Source: Octopus bimaculoides (taxonomy: Eukaryota). From it: DNA of 55,314 bases. Every line of letters starts with the position of its first letter. Position 1 is the first letter of the stretch. Shown piece after piece: positions 39,930-52,788 of the stretch. The notes beneath the pieces are model-generated. The model was not told the DNA's origin and did not search any database. It worked only from the letters and a program-made list of their open reading frames with translations. The stretch covers positions 169,375,742 to 169,431,055 of the forward strand of contig NC_068981.1 in NCBI RefSeq assembly GCF_001194135.2. The letters run 5' to 3'. A program made the translations under genes and the position numbers.

Positions 39930-40299
39930 AAATTGTATTAGTTAGAATGGCTATGTTGAGGGGGTTTAAAAGGACACATTAGCAAATAAAATAAATTAAA
40001 TACAAAAAATATATAGTTTTATTATATACGAAGGAAAAATATTAAAAAAAAAAACAGACATATTGTATTGAGAGAAAAGTTGGTGTAGGGAGAGATAGAG
40101 AAAGTGTTAGCCCAATATATGGTGCGTCATGCAATTTTTAGAAGGAAAAGTAAGATAAAGGGAAAATATATCAAGGTAGTGTAAGATATAGTGATGTAAA
40201 GTGAATGTGATGAGTAATCGTATTACATAGAAAAAGATAATATATAGAAATATTTTTTTAAAAAACATCAAAAATAAATCTAAGGAAAGGGGATTGAAG

Positions 40300-41060
40300 G
40301 ATTGTTTAAGATTGATAAAAAGGAATTTGTTCATGTGTTTAGATGATGTTAACACTTTCATCCCTAGTGTTAACCAAATTTCCATTCATTCTCATTATGC
40401 GGTAGCTTTCTTCTGAAGATAACCTACAAATTTTATTTTTACATCTATAAGGGCAGAAGATAGGATTATCCAAGAAACTGAGGGATCAATATTGTTTCTT
40501 TTGAGGTGCAATTTTTTTTTAGATAGACCTGTCCTATTCTTTTTTCTAAGGTCTCTAATAAAAAATTTATGGTTATTAATTCTCGATTTAAGAGACGTTT
40601 TCGTGCAACCAACATAGTTAAATTTAGAGGAGTCCTGAGTAATAATAGTTGCTTGGTATACAACTTCTTTCATTTTGCAATTTCTATCTACTTCACAGAC
40701 ATTTGGGTCTCTACAATTACAATTTAGATTATTCGGTGGTAGCAAGGTGTTACGCCTATATTTATTAGGGATAATGGAGTTTTGGTTATTATGATAATAG
40801 TACTTGTTATTTATAGGATTATTGAAGGTACCAGGTACATTTAACGAAGTTTTTGTTAATTACAGAATAGATCCAGTTTCTTATTGTTAGACGAAGAGAC
40901 AATCCTAAGGCGATTAGGAATGACTGAAAAGCCAAATCTAACTTTTTTATTATTAAATAATTTTGCATATTTAGAGTTTTTAAAGTTTTTATTAATTATC
41001 GTCCTTATGGATCTAATAAAATTTAATTTTAGATATTTGGCAAGTAGTGTTATTGATATT
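40300..41060 (-). mobile_element. Decayed Penelope-like retroelement: RT-EN linker plus GIY-YIG endonuclease
   Basis: Minus-strand translation gives the linker NFIRSIRTIINKNFKNSKYAKLFNNKKVRFGFSVIPNRLRIVSSSNNKKL, then CNCRDPNVC (40721-40695), VVY..YVG (GIY-YIG), R..NH, W.IL. After frameshifts it continues ICRLSSEESYRIM..NTRDE and HMNKFL, similar to PLE C-terminal motifs. Confidence 0.85.
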
Positions 41061-41255
41061 TTCTATATTGAAATGATGGGTTGTGTTTGCCATTAATTGC
41101 TCGAAATGTGGAGTAGATGAACAGCCGAAACTAATGAAGGGTCGTTCTTTATGTTACTTGTCTCGTTTTCCATTTGTTTCTCTCGCCATTCGCATACCCA
41201 TGTTTGTCTTCGTATTTCATGCTGTTTACGCTTTGTGACGTCCTGTACCCATATA

Positions 41256-41317
<62 letters not shown>

Positions 41318-42087
41318 TATATATGTAATTATGTACATATATGTATGTATATATGTATGTACATATCTATCTATCTATATACATATGCATATGAATATAT
41401 TTCATGTAGATATTTTATGCACGTATACGTATATGTATGAATGTTCAACGCCAAATTGGAGTGCAATTTAATCTCACCAAATCTCACCAAATATTTTGTC
41501 GCATTTCTTGAACATTTGCAGGAACAGTGCTACATTCCTCTACGAAACTATTTATTCAGTCGTGAATCGAACACGGAACCTCGTGGTTGTGAAGCAAACA
41601 TCATAACCATCCGCATATAACCTCGATTAAGATTTGTTTTAGAATCATTTTTGTGTCAAGACGGGTCTTCGAACGGAAAACAAAAAAATAAAATCAATAA
41701 CGTAGTACATTACAAGAGAATATTTATCTCGATATTTTACTGAAACGAGAGACAGACATATACACGTAACTATAGATAGTAACTATATATGTCAATATTT
41801 AAAACTATGTATATAAATACATATATGTGTGTGTGCGTGTGTGTGTGTATATGTGTATATTTAGGTATATCTTGAATAAGTAAGGAAGGCATTCGTATAT
41901 AATATTTGTGGAAGCCGTGCATTTATAAATTTCATGGACACACTAACACACTTGATTATATGGAGACTTGGAGATATAAATTTGGAAACATACAGATAAA
42001 AACAAATAACAAAGAAAATATAATTACATTTGGGCAAAAATTTCTGTCAATATAAACAGAAATGCACACAGAAACACATACACAGAA

Positions 42088-42128
<41 letters not shown>

Positions 42129-42906
42129 AATGAACCGAAGTATATACGTATGCGTGCACATACATATGTACATGCTTCTATATATATATATGTGTGGGGG
42201 TGTGTTTATGTCTATAAACATATATATGTGTGTGCGTGTAACTATGTATATATGTGCATATATATATACATATGTATCTGTATATTTACATGTGTGTATA
42301 TATTGAATCGTATATACATGTACATGAATATACTTGCGTACAAAGATTCATTTACTAACACAAATACGTGTATATGTCCACATAAGTACGCAGTCACATT
42401 CTTCCAGGCATATCTAGAAAATTTAGCTCTCATCGTGGAACTTTCATAATTTCGTTCACGCATCCTTTTTACTTTTCTTGCAAAGTCACTTTGTTCGGAA
42501 TAAAGAGCACTTTATTGATTTAGTGTTCTTTATTCGAAAATGATAGAGTTCCTCAATCGATTGGTACAATGGAATACATACAAATAGATTACAGATATAC
42601 GAAATACATAACTACACATATACATATATATCTGCACACTCAGACCTTCTCTGTCTGTCTCAGAGATACACATATATGCGTGTGTATGTGTATATTTATG
42701 CAAACAGTATATATGCGTATATTTAGGCAAACTGTACACACACACACACACACACACACAGACAAGTATTCCTATACACACGCAAATATACTACAGATAC
42801 AAGTAAAAACTGATACATATGCAGAAATAGCGAACACCATACGTACACACACATGTATTATTATTAATATTATTATTTTACATTTATGTGTGTATATACA
42901 TATATC

Positions 42907-42987
<81 letters not shown>

Positions 42988-44051
42988 ATATATATATATA
43001 NNNNNNNNNNNNNNNNNNNNNNNNNNNNNNNNNNNNNNNNNNNNNNNNNNNNNNNNNNNNNNNNNNNNNNNNNNNNNNNNATATATATAAATATACGTAT
43101 TTGTGCCTGTTCATGCATCTATCTGTCTGACAATATGTCTCTCTCTCTCTCTATGTGTGTGTGAGTATGTATGTGTGTCTTTGTGTACATGGTAACCCAC
43201 ATCATTCCCATCATCAACATCTTATTCCTTCATTCATGCTGGCATAGATTGGACTTATCTTTTATACAGTGATACACACATATAGTTTGGAATAAAGTAC
43301 TTAATAGCAGAACATATAACAATTTCATTAGAACACATTACGATCTCATATACTCTTAAGTGATTCACTTAGGATGGGACCTAAAGCGTAAGTTCGGAAA
43401 AATCTGTAGATTATAGATATAGATTCTATAAAAATAGAAAGGTGTATGTATTCAAAATTTCACGTCCTTACAATTGTTTCTACGAACAAATAATAAATGC
43501 CACTTCATCAGAAGACATATTCAAAATGACTGACGAGAAAGAAACAGAAAAAAGAGAAGAAAATGAAAAAGGAATATGATACTATGAAACAGCTACAATA
43601 CTTGTATAAGTAAATAAGTTAATGAATTATCAGCAACAGAAACGAAAATCTGTTCCCTCACGTAGGCCTGCCTACCTACCTACCTACCTATCTACCTACC
43701 TGGTTAGTCATTACAACAGCGGTCTTCTATACAAGTATGCGGACTGCTATTTTTTTCCTTTTCCTCTTTGTTCCGCCACCTTAGTATCTTTTTATGTCAG
43801 CTAACTCTTATTGAGAAAATATTTCTTCGGCGACATATTTTCCGCCAGAAATTAATCCTGCAAATTTATCCGGCATCTTCCGCAAGTTATAATGCGCTAC
43901 TTCAACTGTATCAGGAGCTAAGCGGACAAGAAAGCGCGCAGACATATGTGTATCGGTGTACGCGATTAATGTGGGCTTATAGTTGCGTGGGTATGTATGT
44001 GTATGTGCGCATATACAAAGTCAGACATATGTGTATGAATATATGTGTACG

Positions 44052-44099
<48 letters not shown>

Positions 44100-44861
44100 C
44101 ATAAACACAACACATGCACGTATATAGATGTGTAGATATTTGAACATAGAATTAGAGAAATTTCCGTGTGAACACGACCGTGTACGCACTCCAACATGCA
44201 AACACATATACATATATAGTAAAAAACAAAACGAAACATCGCTATTTTTATCGAAATTCGGGTGAGGATTTTACGTTTTTATAGATAATATTTTTACCTT
44301 CCATTTGTACAGCTTTGATTTCTTTCTCTTCACTTGATTTACTTCCACATCACCATTTTTATCATGCATTACATTTATCACAGCCTTTCATTTACGCCTC
44401 TTTTACTTTGCTCTCAGTGATTTTTCAGTACGTTCTCCTTTCAATTGTTTTACGAATAAGATGCGATAAATAAATATAAAGAATACATAGTGTAATAATA
44501 ATAAGTAAAAATTGCGTTGCAATTTCCAATCTTTCCAGTGCTTTGAACATTTGAAGTAGGTTAAACGCACAAGCACACACACATGTGTATAAGTGTATCC
44601 ATCCATACACCTATCTATCTTTACATATTTATATCAATCTATATCCATTATTTCTAAATTTTATATAATTGTTTACACGCATACACACACACTCATACGA
44701 TATATATTATAGACGAAAAACAGACATTCTCCGTAGAGGATACACTTCGTAGTGGTCAAGAGGTTTAAACGTGAGCAGGTAGAGGAGTTAATGTAAGGAT
44801 AAACAAGTTAGGCAAGTCGACATACAAAAAGTATATATATCTTTTGTATATTTTTATGTTT

Positions 44862-45005
44862 ATGAGCCCAAGCGTGTCTCTGCGGTAAGAAGTTTGCTTC
44901 CCAACCATATGGCTCCGGATTCAATAGCACTGTGTAGCACCTTGGGCAAGTGTCCTTTACTTTAAACTCGGGCCAACCAAAACCACCTTCTGGATTTTTA
45001 CTCAC
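44862..45005 (+). mobile_element. CORE-like SINE head fragment
   Basis: CTGCGGTAAGAAGTTTGCTTCCCAACCATATGGCTCCGG...GCACCTTGGGCAAGTGTC matches the 13516 and 29958 heads. Confidence 0.75.
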
Positions 45006-46490
45006 AACTATATTCCCCATACAAAGTTAAACTAATGTTGAATCGAGAAGCGCTTTGACGGTCGTGCGCAAGTAAATAGAGCCCCGCTAGTAAGCGACTA
45101 GGAAATATTGAAAGTGATACTAATTTACACCTTGATGGAAAAAATATTCAATGATTTTATATATATATATTTATATATGAGAGAGAAAGGGTGAGAGAGA
45201 GAGAGAGAGAGAGAGACAAATAGATGGAGATATATATGGAAAGCACTTGAAGAGATGGTACGAAACATCGGTACGGAAAGAAATACGAATCACTGAATTG
45301 GCTACTGGATTGCGTTTAAGGATCTCAGGTTTCCTATCTAGTATTAGAATCCAATATTACAATGACCGAGTTCAAAACTGTGACTTTTCATGTTTTGCCA
45401 AAAGACTTGCGAAATCAACAAGGGAGAGGAAATAAATACATTCACGAAATATCTGGATATCGTACGGTTATCTAAGCATAACTGCCGACCTCTGACTGGA
45501 ACTAATGAAAAGTGTGAACGTGCAAAACGGATGCAAACATATATATATATACATTGGGGGAGATATATATGCATGGTCATTCGGGCTGGTTGAAGTCACA
45601 GCCTCTATAAGAAATTCTATTGCCTGAGAGAGAAATAACATTTCGGGATCCACGCCTAAAATTTGATGAGAAGAGAACGGCTGCAATCATTATCATTTAA
45701 TTACTCATTGAACCTCGACTTCAGCCGTAGCAACAACAAGAACAACAAGAACAAGTACTACAACGACAATGGCGATGAAGACAACAACAACTTGTATATG
45801 TTTACTTAGATACCTAGATATGTATTTGTAAACCTGGATATGTATTTGGTAGCTGCATACACATATATTGACGTAAAAACGTTGACACATTCATACATAC
45901 GGGTATTTAAAATATAACACACAAATAAACAAAATAAAAAGATTGTGCATGTGTGTTTGTATGAGTAATATCCATGTATTCAATCACGTGCATTCATACA
46001 CAATGTGTGTTTTTACGTTTTTCTGAAATTCATTTCAGTTTGTGAAAGAGTTACCGTAGCTCTTATGCGTAACAAACAGCATCTTGATAACACTGATTGA
46101 TACACAAAATAGGAATTATGCATATGATGCATGTCATATTTGCAGCATACAAAACTACAAAAATAGATTGCTTACGCAGATATGAAACATATTGATAGAG
46201 AAATAGAAAGTAAGAAACTACCACTAGTTGGAAATCCAATATTTCCAGGGGAGGAGAAATAGAACATTTTCAGTCGTATGCTGTTCGTAATGATATTAAT
46301 GATACGAAAGTTAACCATCTCTCGTAGCATGATAGTTCACAACTTGGCGTTCTATGTTTCTTGCTGAATTTCACTGATTGCAAACGTAAATAAGAAAAAT
46401 TAAAATTAATGTATAAATCTGAGTGAGAAAAACATCTTTATCACAATCTCAAAGTAATAATATTGTGTCAATATTGTGGCTTTGTTAAAT

Positions 46491-46700
46491 GCAGTTAGAT
46501 GGCAGAATCGTCATTATACCGGTCAAAATGCTTAGAGGCATTTCCTCCATCTTCATGATCTGAGTTAATATTATTCCGTGGTCAACTTTGTCTTTCATTC
46601 TTCCGAGGTCAATAAAATAAGTACTAGTTGAAGAATGGGCCAATGTAATCTACTTACCCACTACCCTGAAATTGTTGGCCTCGTGCCAGAATTTGAAATC
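46491..46700 (+). mobile_element. tRNA-derived SINE (second family), degenerate full length
   Basis: GATGGCAGAATCGTCATTATACCGGTCAAAATGCTTAG...GTGGTCAACTTTGTCTTTCATTCTTCCGAGGTCAATAAAATAAGTACTAG...GGCCTCGTGCCAGAATTTGAAA. Confidence 0.75.
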
Positions 46701-46899
46701 AATATTGTGGCTTTGGCAGGTTATAGTATGTGCTTACATTTTGTGTATTCTACAATGTTGGCTTTATAACTAGATGTGTCGTCAGTCAATATAGTTACTT
46801 TAATTGATGTAAAAGCTTCAAGAGTACTTTGTTTTAGAGGTTAAGCAGCAGAAAAAGAATAGATCAATGGCTATAGGGAAAAAATGTTTCCGGTAGAAC

Positions 46900-47265
46900 A
46901 GAAAGAAAAAAAATTGAATTTCTGGTGAAGCACACGCTGACGTATATGCTTCAGGATCTTCGAAGTGAGAGACTGTAAAGATAACGGTACGACGACAGAG
47001 AAGTTATTTGAAGAAGATAGGCTATTGACTATTTCAGTTGAACACATGGAATTGAGATTGTAGCAGTGGTAGACAACGCACAAAATGAAGAGAGATTGCA
47101 TCTGGGAGGTAGCGGTTGTAGTATAGTTCAGTGTAAATGCTTGTGAACCAGTAGAATAGCTTTCATATTGACTCAGTCTGGAATGTGTGTACATGTAAGA
47201 GTAGCAACACCATCCTAAATCTGGAAGCAGTGTTCAAAATATAATCATACTTGAGTTTTATCAAT
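46900..47265 (-). mobile_element. Decayed CR1/L2-clade LINE ORF2 C-terminal fragment
   Basis: Minus frames give IDKTQV*LYFEHCFQI*DG, KAILLV..TILQPLPPRCNLSSFCAL and HCYNLNSMCSTEIVNSL. These resemble the CR1/L2 post-RT motifs YKxQVRPxMEYCSHIWxG / RAIRLI..LQPLxHRRNVASL / CSSEL. Stops and frameshifts are present. Confidence 0.7.
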
Positions 47266-47457
47266 TAATTAGAGACGAAATATTTCTAAGTTACAAAAAA
47301 TGAAATTCAATATTTTAAATACACATTTTGTAATTTTTGTTTTTTTGTTGAATCATCACAAGTCATCTACTGTAATAATAAGGTTTAGACAATTTTGGTA
47401 CTATGATGGTTTTGTCTTTGTTCTCTGTTGTTTGCCGGCTATGAGCAGGACCTGCGT

Positions 47458-47690
47458 ATCATCATCATCATCATCATCGTTTAACGTCCGCTTTCCATGC
47501 TAGCATGGGTTGGACGATTTGACTGAGGACTGGTGAAACCGGATGGCAACACCAGGCTCCAGTCTGATTTGGCAGAGTTTCTACAGCTGGATGCCCTTCC
47601 TAACGCCAACCACTCAGAGAGTGTAGTGGGTGCTTTTACGTGTCACCCGCACGAAAACGGCCACGCTCGAAATGGTGTCTTTTATGTGTC
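47458..47690 (-). mobile_element. 3' end of a retroelement (SINE or LINE) with an RTE-type tail and (GAT)n
   Basis: Minus strand ends ...CGTCCAACCCATGCTAGCATGGAAAGCGGACGTTAAACGATGATGATGATG; internal GGTTGGCGTTAGGAAGGGCATCCAGC. Confidence 0.7.
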
Positions 47691-50600
47691 TTTTATGGTG
47701 TCGTATATGTACAAAAAAATAAAAAGTACCCCAATTGAGGAATTTTCTAAAAATCTTTGTTCATGAAGTCAGTGTGTGTTTATATTGTGGGTGTTGATGA
47801 TGCACGTGAGCATAATATTAATAATACGTTTGAGATAATATCCTATATTGTAATGTTTTATTTCAAGTATCTGCAAGTAGATTGTTAACGTACAGAATAG
47901 CGGAAGAGTTAGACATCAACCAATGCTGGAATACCTCAAAGTTGAATGAATCAAGCACAGAAAAAGCCTCTTCAGGACAGGTTTATAATAAGGATTTCTT
48001 ATGAAGATCGATTATAAAGAAGGACAGGGAAGACCGAATAAAACTTGAATTTAGAGTGAATATGCAGATGAAAATCTATTTTGTTCATTGGTAAATACAC
48101 TATCCGTCAGGCATGCGGATAGAGTGTATATTAAACATTGTATGTAGATAGTTCACTTTGGCAAATGATTTCGCCAATGTGTTTCAAGTTTGTGGGTAGA
48201 ATGAATGCAAGGACGAGACGTAGACTTGTGTTCATAGCTATCACTGATAATAAATATTTTGTAGAGAGGTGAGGTGATACCGTTCTCCGTTGTCGTCAGA
48301 ACAAGACATGGATAGCCACACAGTTGAGCGCTTATACGTTTAGATAAATAGAGAAAGATATACTTCGAGACGAAGCGAATATTTTCGCGAGGCCCACATG
48401 TAGCTGCCATGTAAAGGTGGTCTGCTTACAGAGATTAAAATAATGGTCAACAGCAACTTTTGTCTGCAGATTTTTCTCTAATTTGCTTTACAACAGAACT
48501 GCTATAAACATAAAAATGTTACAAAATAAGTTCAGCATCATCTGCTCGTCTACTTCCACTCTATTTTGTGATAATCTGTGCAACTAGATCCAGTCAACCT
48601 AGGTCAAATTGGCTGAACTTTGGATGTTTTGTCCTGCGTTGTTCATAACTCGAAAATGGAACACCATTTTGTTTACCAGATTTGTGAAGGGAAAATGTAT
48701 TATACTTCAACATAAACTCCAATGTTATATCTTTTCCTGAACAGCAATATAATAGTGGAACTCATTAAAAGAAGAGGTTGTCAAATCCTTGACAGATATT
48801 GCGAAAAATCAGGGAAAAAACTCAGGCACTTATATATCAAATAGTTTTTCTTTTCACTAATGCTGAATTAAATGAAAATCAGGCAGAAATTAAAATAGTA
48901 GCGGTGAGCATTAACGATTTTAGCATAGAATTTAATAACTTAAACTAAAAAGTTGCAATAAGGTCAAGTAGATTAAGAATAGCAGAGAAGAAAAGGGAAT
49001 ATTTCATTGGCGGATTTCGCATTTTATATTCAGGAAATTCAATTAATAAAATAGGTCATCGACTTGATATTAAGCGGTGAAGTGGCAATGTGGAATACTG
49101 CGCAGTAATATTTCTTCACCGAATTAAGGCGTGATGAAGCAAATGTATGACATATGTAAATACGATTCCTTATATGAATTGAAATGTGTATGCATTGTTT
49201 TTGCTCAATATAAAAGATTATGACAATTAACGACAGTAGGACTATTAGTTTATTGAATTTCTCAAGGAAGGAAGTGAATGACAACAATAGCAATGGAGTT
49301 TCTTTTAAGGATGTTGTTTCACACAAATTTTACGAAATAATTTACGAAATATTTGAATTAAAAAATATATATTGCGACTACACGATCTTCTCTTAAAGCT
49401 GTCAATTTTAACAAAGAAGTGAAGATTACTTGTTTTTTTTTTTTTTTTCAGAAAACACTTTTCATGAAAATCGCAAGCCATAAATATACCAAGTAGAATG
49501 ATACACCATCAGTATCTTTCATCAAGAATATATTTTCTTGCGTTTAGTATATCGTGAAAAGTTTTTTTTCTACACATTACTTGAACATCCATATATTGAA
49601 AGAGAAATAATCAATAAGTTAGGTGAATGAATTAACCAGATTTAATTCAAGGCAATTATCACCACAACATAAAATAGACAGAACTCCGTTAAGAAAACAC
49701 ATTCCCAGGTCTTTGATCTTATTCTCAAACCCTGTGTTTAATAACAACTTAAAATGATCTTGAGCTATTTCTCTGTTCAATGTGTGTGCTATATAATAAA
49801 ACACTTTCTCAGTTTTATAGCCCTTTAGAGAACTTGAGATAGATCAAATAGAATTAAATGTGTAAAATCGTAAAATCGCAAAAAATATTATGATCTGATC
49901 TCTGAAAGAATAAAGATGAAGATTCAACATAAACCATAGTTTCATGCAATGATATTTTGTTTTGTGACTAAAACAGCTGAAAATCATTAATATTGTCTTA
50001 AAATATATTTCTGAGTCATCCAGAATTTACAACAAATTTCACTTGTTTAGAAGGATTTAGATCACTCCTAGAATACTGAACTGATTTCTGTCTGTTTAGC
50101 GAAATACCTATCTGCTGATCTGATGGTATCTTCTGGTGGCTCTAATGTTTATTGTATTTTCTAACACCATCCTTCGTCAAAGGATATTTTCATGGATGAA
50201 AAATCACACACTCAGGTGTTTAAACAATACACACTCTAAGTGTGCCGTATTAGTAAATAGAATCGATCTAATAGCGTTTCCATCCTTTCCAAGTTCAACC
50301 AAAGGAATGAAAATACCTTCCTTTCATTGATATAGTTTTAGCAGAGACCCTTATTGGGATGTTTGTAAGGTATACCCTTACTTAGGTTAGACAACAAAAC
50401 TGGTTTCTGAGTAGTATTTTCATTTTAATCAAACCTCTAAAGCTAAGCTATAAATGGCACCTTCGTTTCTTGTATTCGCTCATCAGTAAGGTTACAAAAA
50501 GAAAGCAAAGCAATCAACAAACATAAGACAAATATATTAATGCACACAAAAGGAAATTTCAGTAAATAATAAAAAGAAAATTAACACACAACAGAAGCAT

Positions 50601-50869
50601 CCACCACTACAACTCTAATGAAAGTGACTATGAAAGCAACAGTCTTAGGCGTATGCAATCACGACCCCACTTTGGGCGTAAATACGCATTGCGAAAGTGT
50701 TTCTTTTAAGGATGTTGTTTTTCACAATATGATCCTTACTACGGTAAACATTAGTGATACTAGCCCAGATAGAACTTTGTCCATCACACAGTATTCTACA
50801 ACTAATCAGAGTCCCGTGAGAATAAAGTAATCATGCATCTCTATCTCACTAAGTGCACAACAGATTTCA

Positions 50870-51620
50870 TTGTACCAAATATACTACAGTTGGACACAAA
50901 CCCTAGAAGATATTTTGAGTGAAATATTATACCTTATAAGTGGGGGTCCTATATTTGTTATTTATAAGGTAAAGCATGAGGTAGATGCCCAAGTGCAAGT
51001 AACACACAAGACACTTGTCTTTAGTCTACGTCAGCTGCATTTGGAAAAGAAGAACACAAGATCTATCTTCAGAAACATCAGCGACGATGTCGACGCTGAA
51101 CTAGTAGTTAACTTCTTGCGACAACGTGGGTAGGTGGTAAGTGCAACTATAACATTTATCGATATGTGCTCGAGAGGGGTTACCTCTTGTCTCAGCAAGG
51201 CTACATAACAATGCCAGTATTGCCTCTGCAAGACAATATCGTCTCTTTTAGAGAGGACAGAGAGAAAGTAAGATGACGATGCTGTTAAGTAGATGGAAGC
51301 AAAGCCCCCCCCCCCACCGAAAGATTCCTGCACAAACGATCTGAATTCACTAAGTAAAAAGCTTAATATTTAGGTCAGCCTGGGAGAAGAAAAGACACAT
51401 CTCTTGTTCAGTCCTCATAAAAAGGAAGAATCGGTGAGACCTAATTTTACATTATAATGTTTTAATTCGTCTAATTATACATTATATAATGTCTATCTTC
51501 CCTCTCATCATCCTTGTCTAACTTCTCTGTCTTGCCGTTTTGTAAGCTTACCTGTGTAAAATTTATTTGCATTTTAAAAAATCTATTTGAACCGTTCTAG
51601 CTAATAAATTATTATTACTA
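50870..51620 (+). mobile_element. Possible internally deleted L1/Tx1-like remnant (ORF1 piece plus 3' UTR)
   Basis: HLEKKNTRSIFRNISDDVDAELVVNFLRQRG resembles ORF1 RRM-like segments. A CxxC follows downstream, and 51500-51620 ends in GCTAATAAA(TTA)n. Similarity is weak and judged by eye. Confidence 0.3.
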
Positions 51621-52752
51621 TTATTTATATATTTACTTATTTGATAGTTTGAAGCGAGTTTCTGCTGCACCACCTTGTGCACCCTCTGTTCAAAACTTGT
51701 ATGCAGTAATGCATTATCACATATATGTGGGATTTAAAGGATTCATAAGAGTACAGAATCTTCCTGTTAAAATACCCAACCATTGTGTTTTGCAATAAGG
51801 TTTAATATGTTGTTTCTTGTTTTATATTAGTGTCTGTTCTGCAGTGTTTATCATATATATTGTAAATATATATATATATATCTAATTCTATATTTTTTTA
51901 TATTAACATTATAGAGAATATTATGCATTACTTGTGCTCTTTAATTTTATTAGGTACTTACTTGTTCTTCAATAATTAATAGGTGCTGGGTGGGAAAATT
52001 GTCTTATTTCAGTTATGTTATCGAATCATATCATACGTAAGATAAGGGATGTTACAATGAAGCTATAGTTCGTACAGTGTGTAGTATAGTAAACCCTGTC
52101 ATGGCTCCTATATTTTTGTTCATATCGTTTTATTCATACTTGATGCTCCAATTATCATTGGTAATGTTTACACATTCCAGTCCCACATCTTGAATATTTC
52201 GATTTCAAGATTTTTCTATTTTGACAGCTGCATTCACTCTCAAAATTACATGCCTTGTGCCTCCAGTTGGGAGCAGTTAGACTCATCATCATCATCATCA
52301 TCGTCGTCATTAACCCACTATAATCATCATAAAATAGCGTCGACAAATGTTAGTGTAGTTCAGGAATTCTTATGTATACGTTGCATAGCTTCGAGGAAGA
52401 TAAACAAACAAGCAAAAACAGAATATAATAAGATGAAAAAACATAAAATAAAAATAAACTTCAATATACATTAATATTCATTAATGTACTATATGGTTCA
52501 AGGACCAACGTGGAATTGACAAATCCATTGCCCCGAAGCTATTCATTTGATCAAAACAATGAGATAAGTTGCTATTTTTCAAATTGAACTGGTGAGAGTT
52601 TTGGTGAAAGCAGCAAGGATGTTACTATGTTAGACAGAACTGGAACAACTTGAACAACAATTCTATGAATAACATTAACTTCCAATGGTACCTGATTATG
52701 TATGTATGTATTTACTTTAGTCTGCATTCATGTACGATTGTATGTGCGTGTG

Positions 52753-52788
<36 letters not shown>

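Noticed and set aside
45722-45791. Asn/Gln-rich stretch
   Set aside because: It is a decayed (CAA)n simple repeat.
48092-48131. ~14-bp bulged hairpin ATACACTATCCG/CGGATAGAGTGTAT
   Set aside because: Too short and imperfect for a miRNA precursor; no other support.
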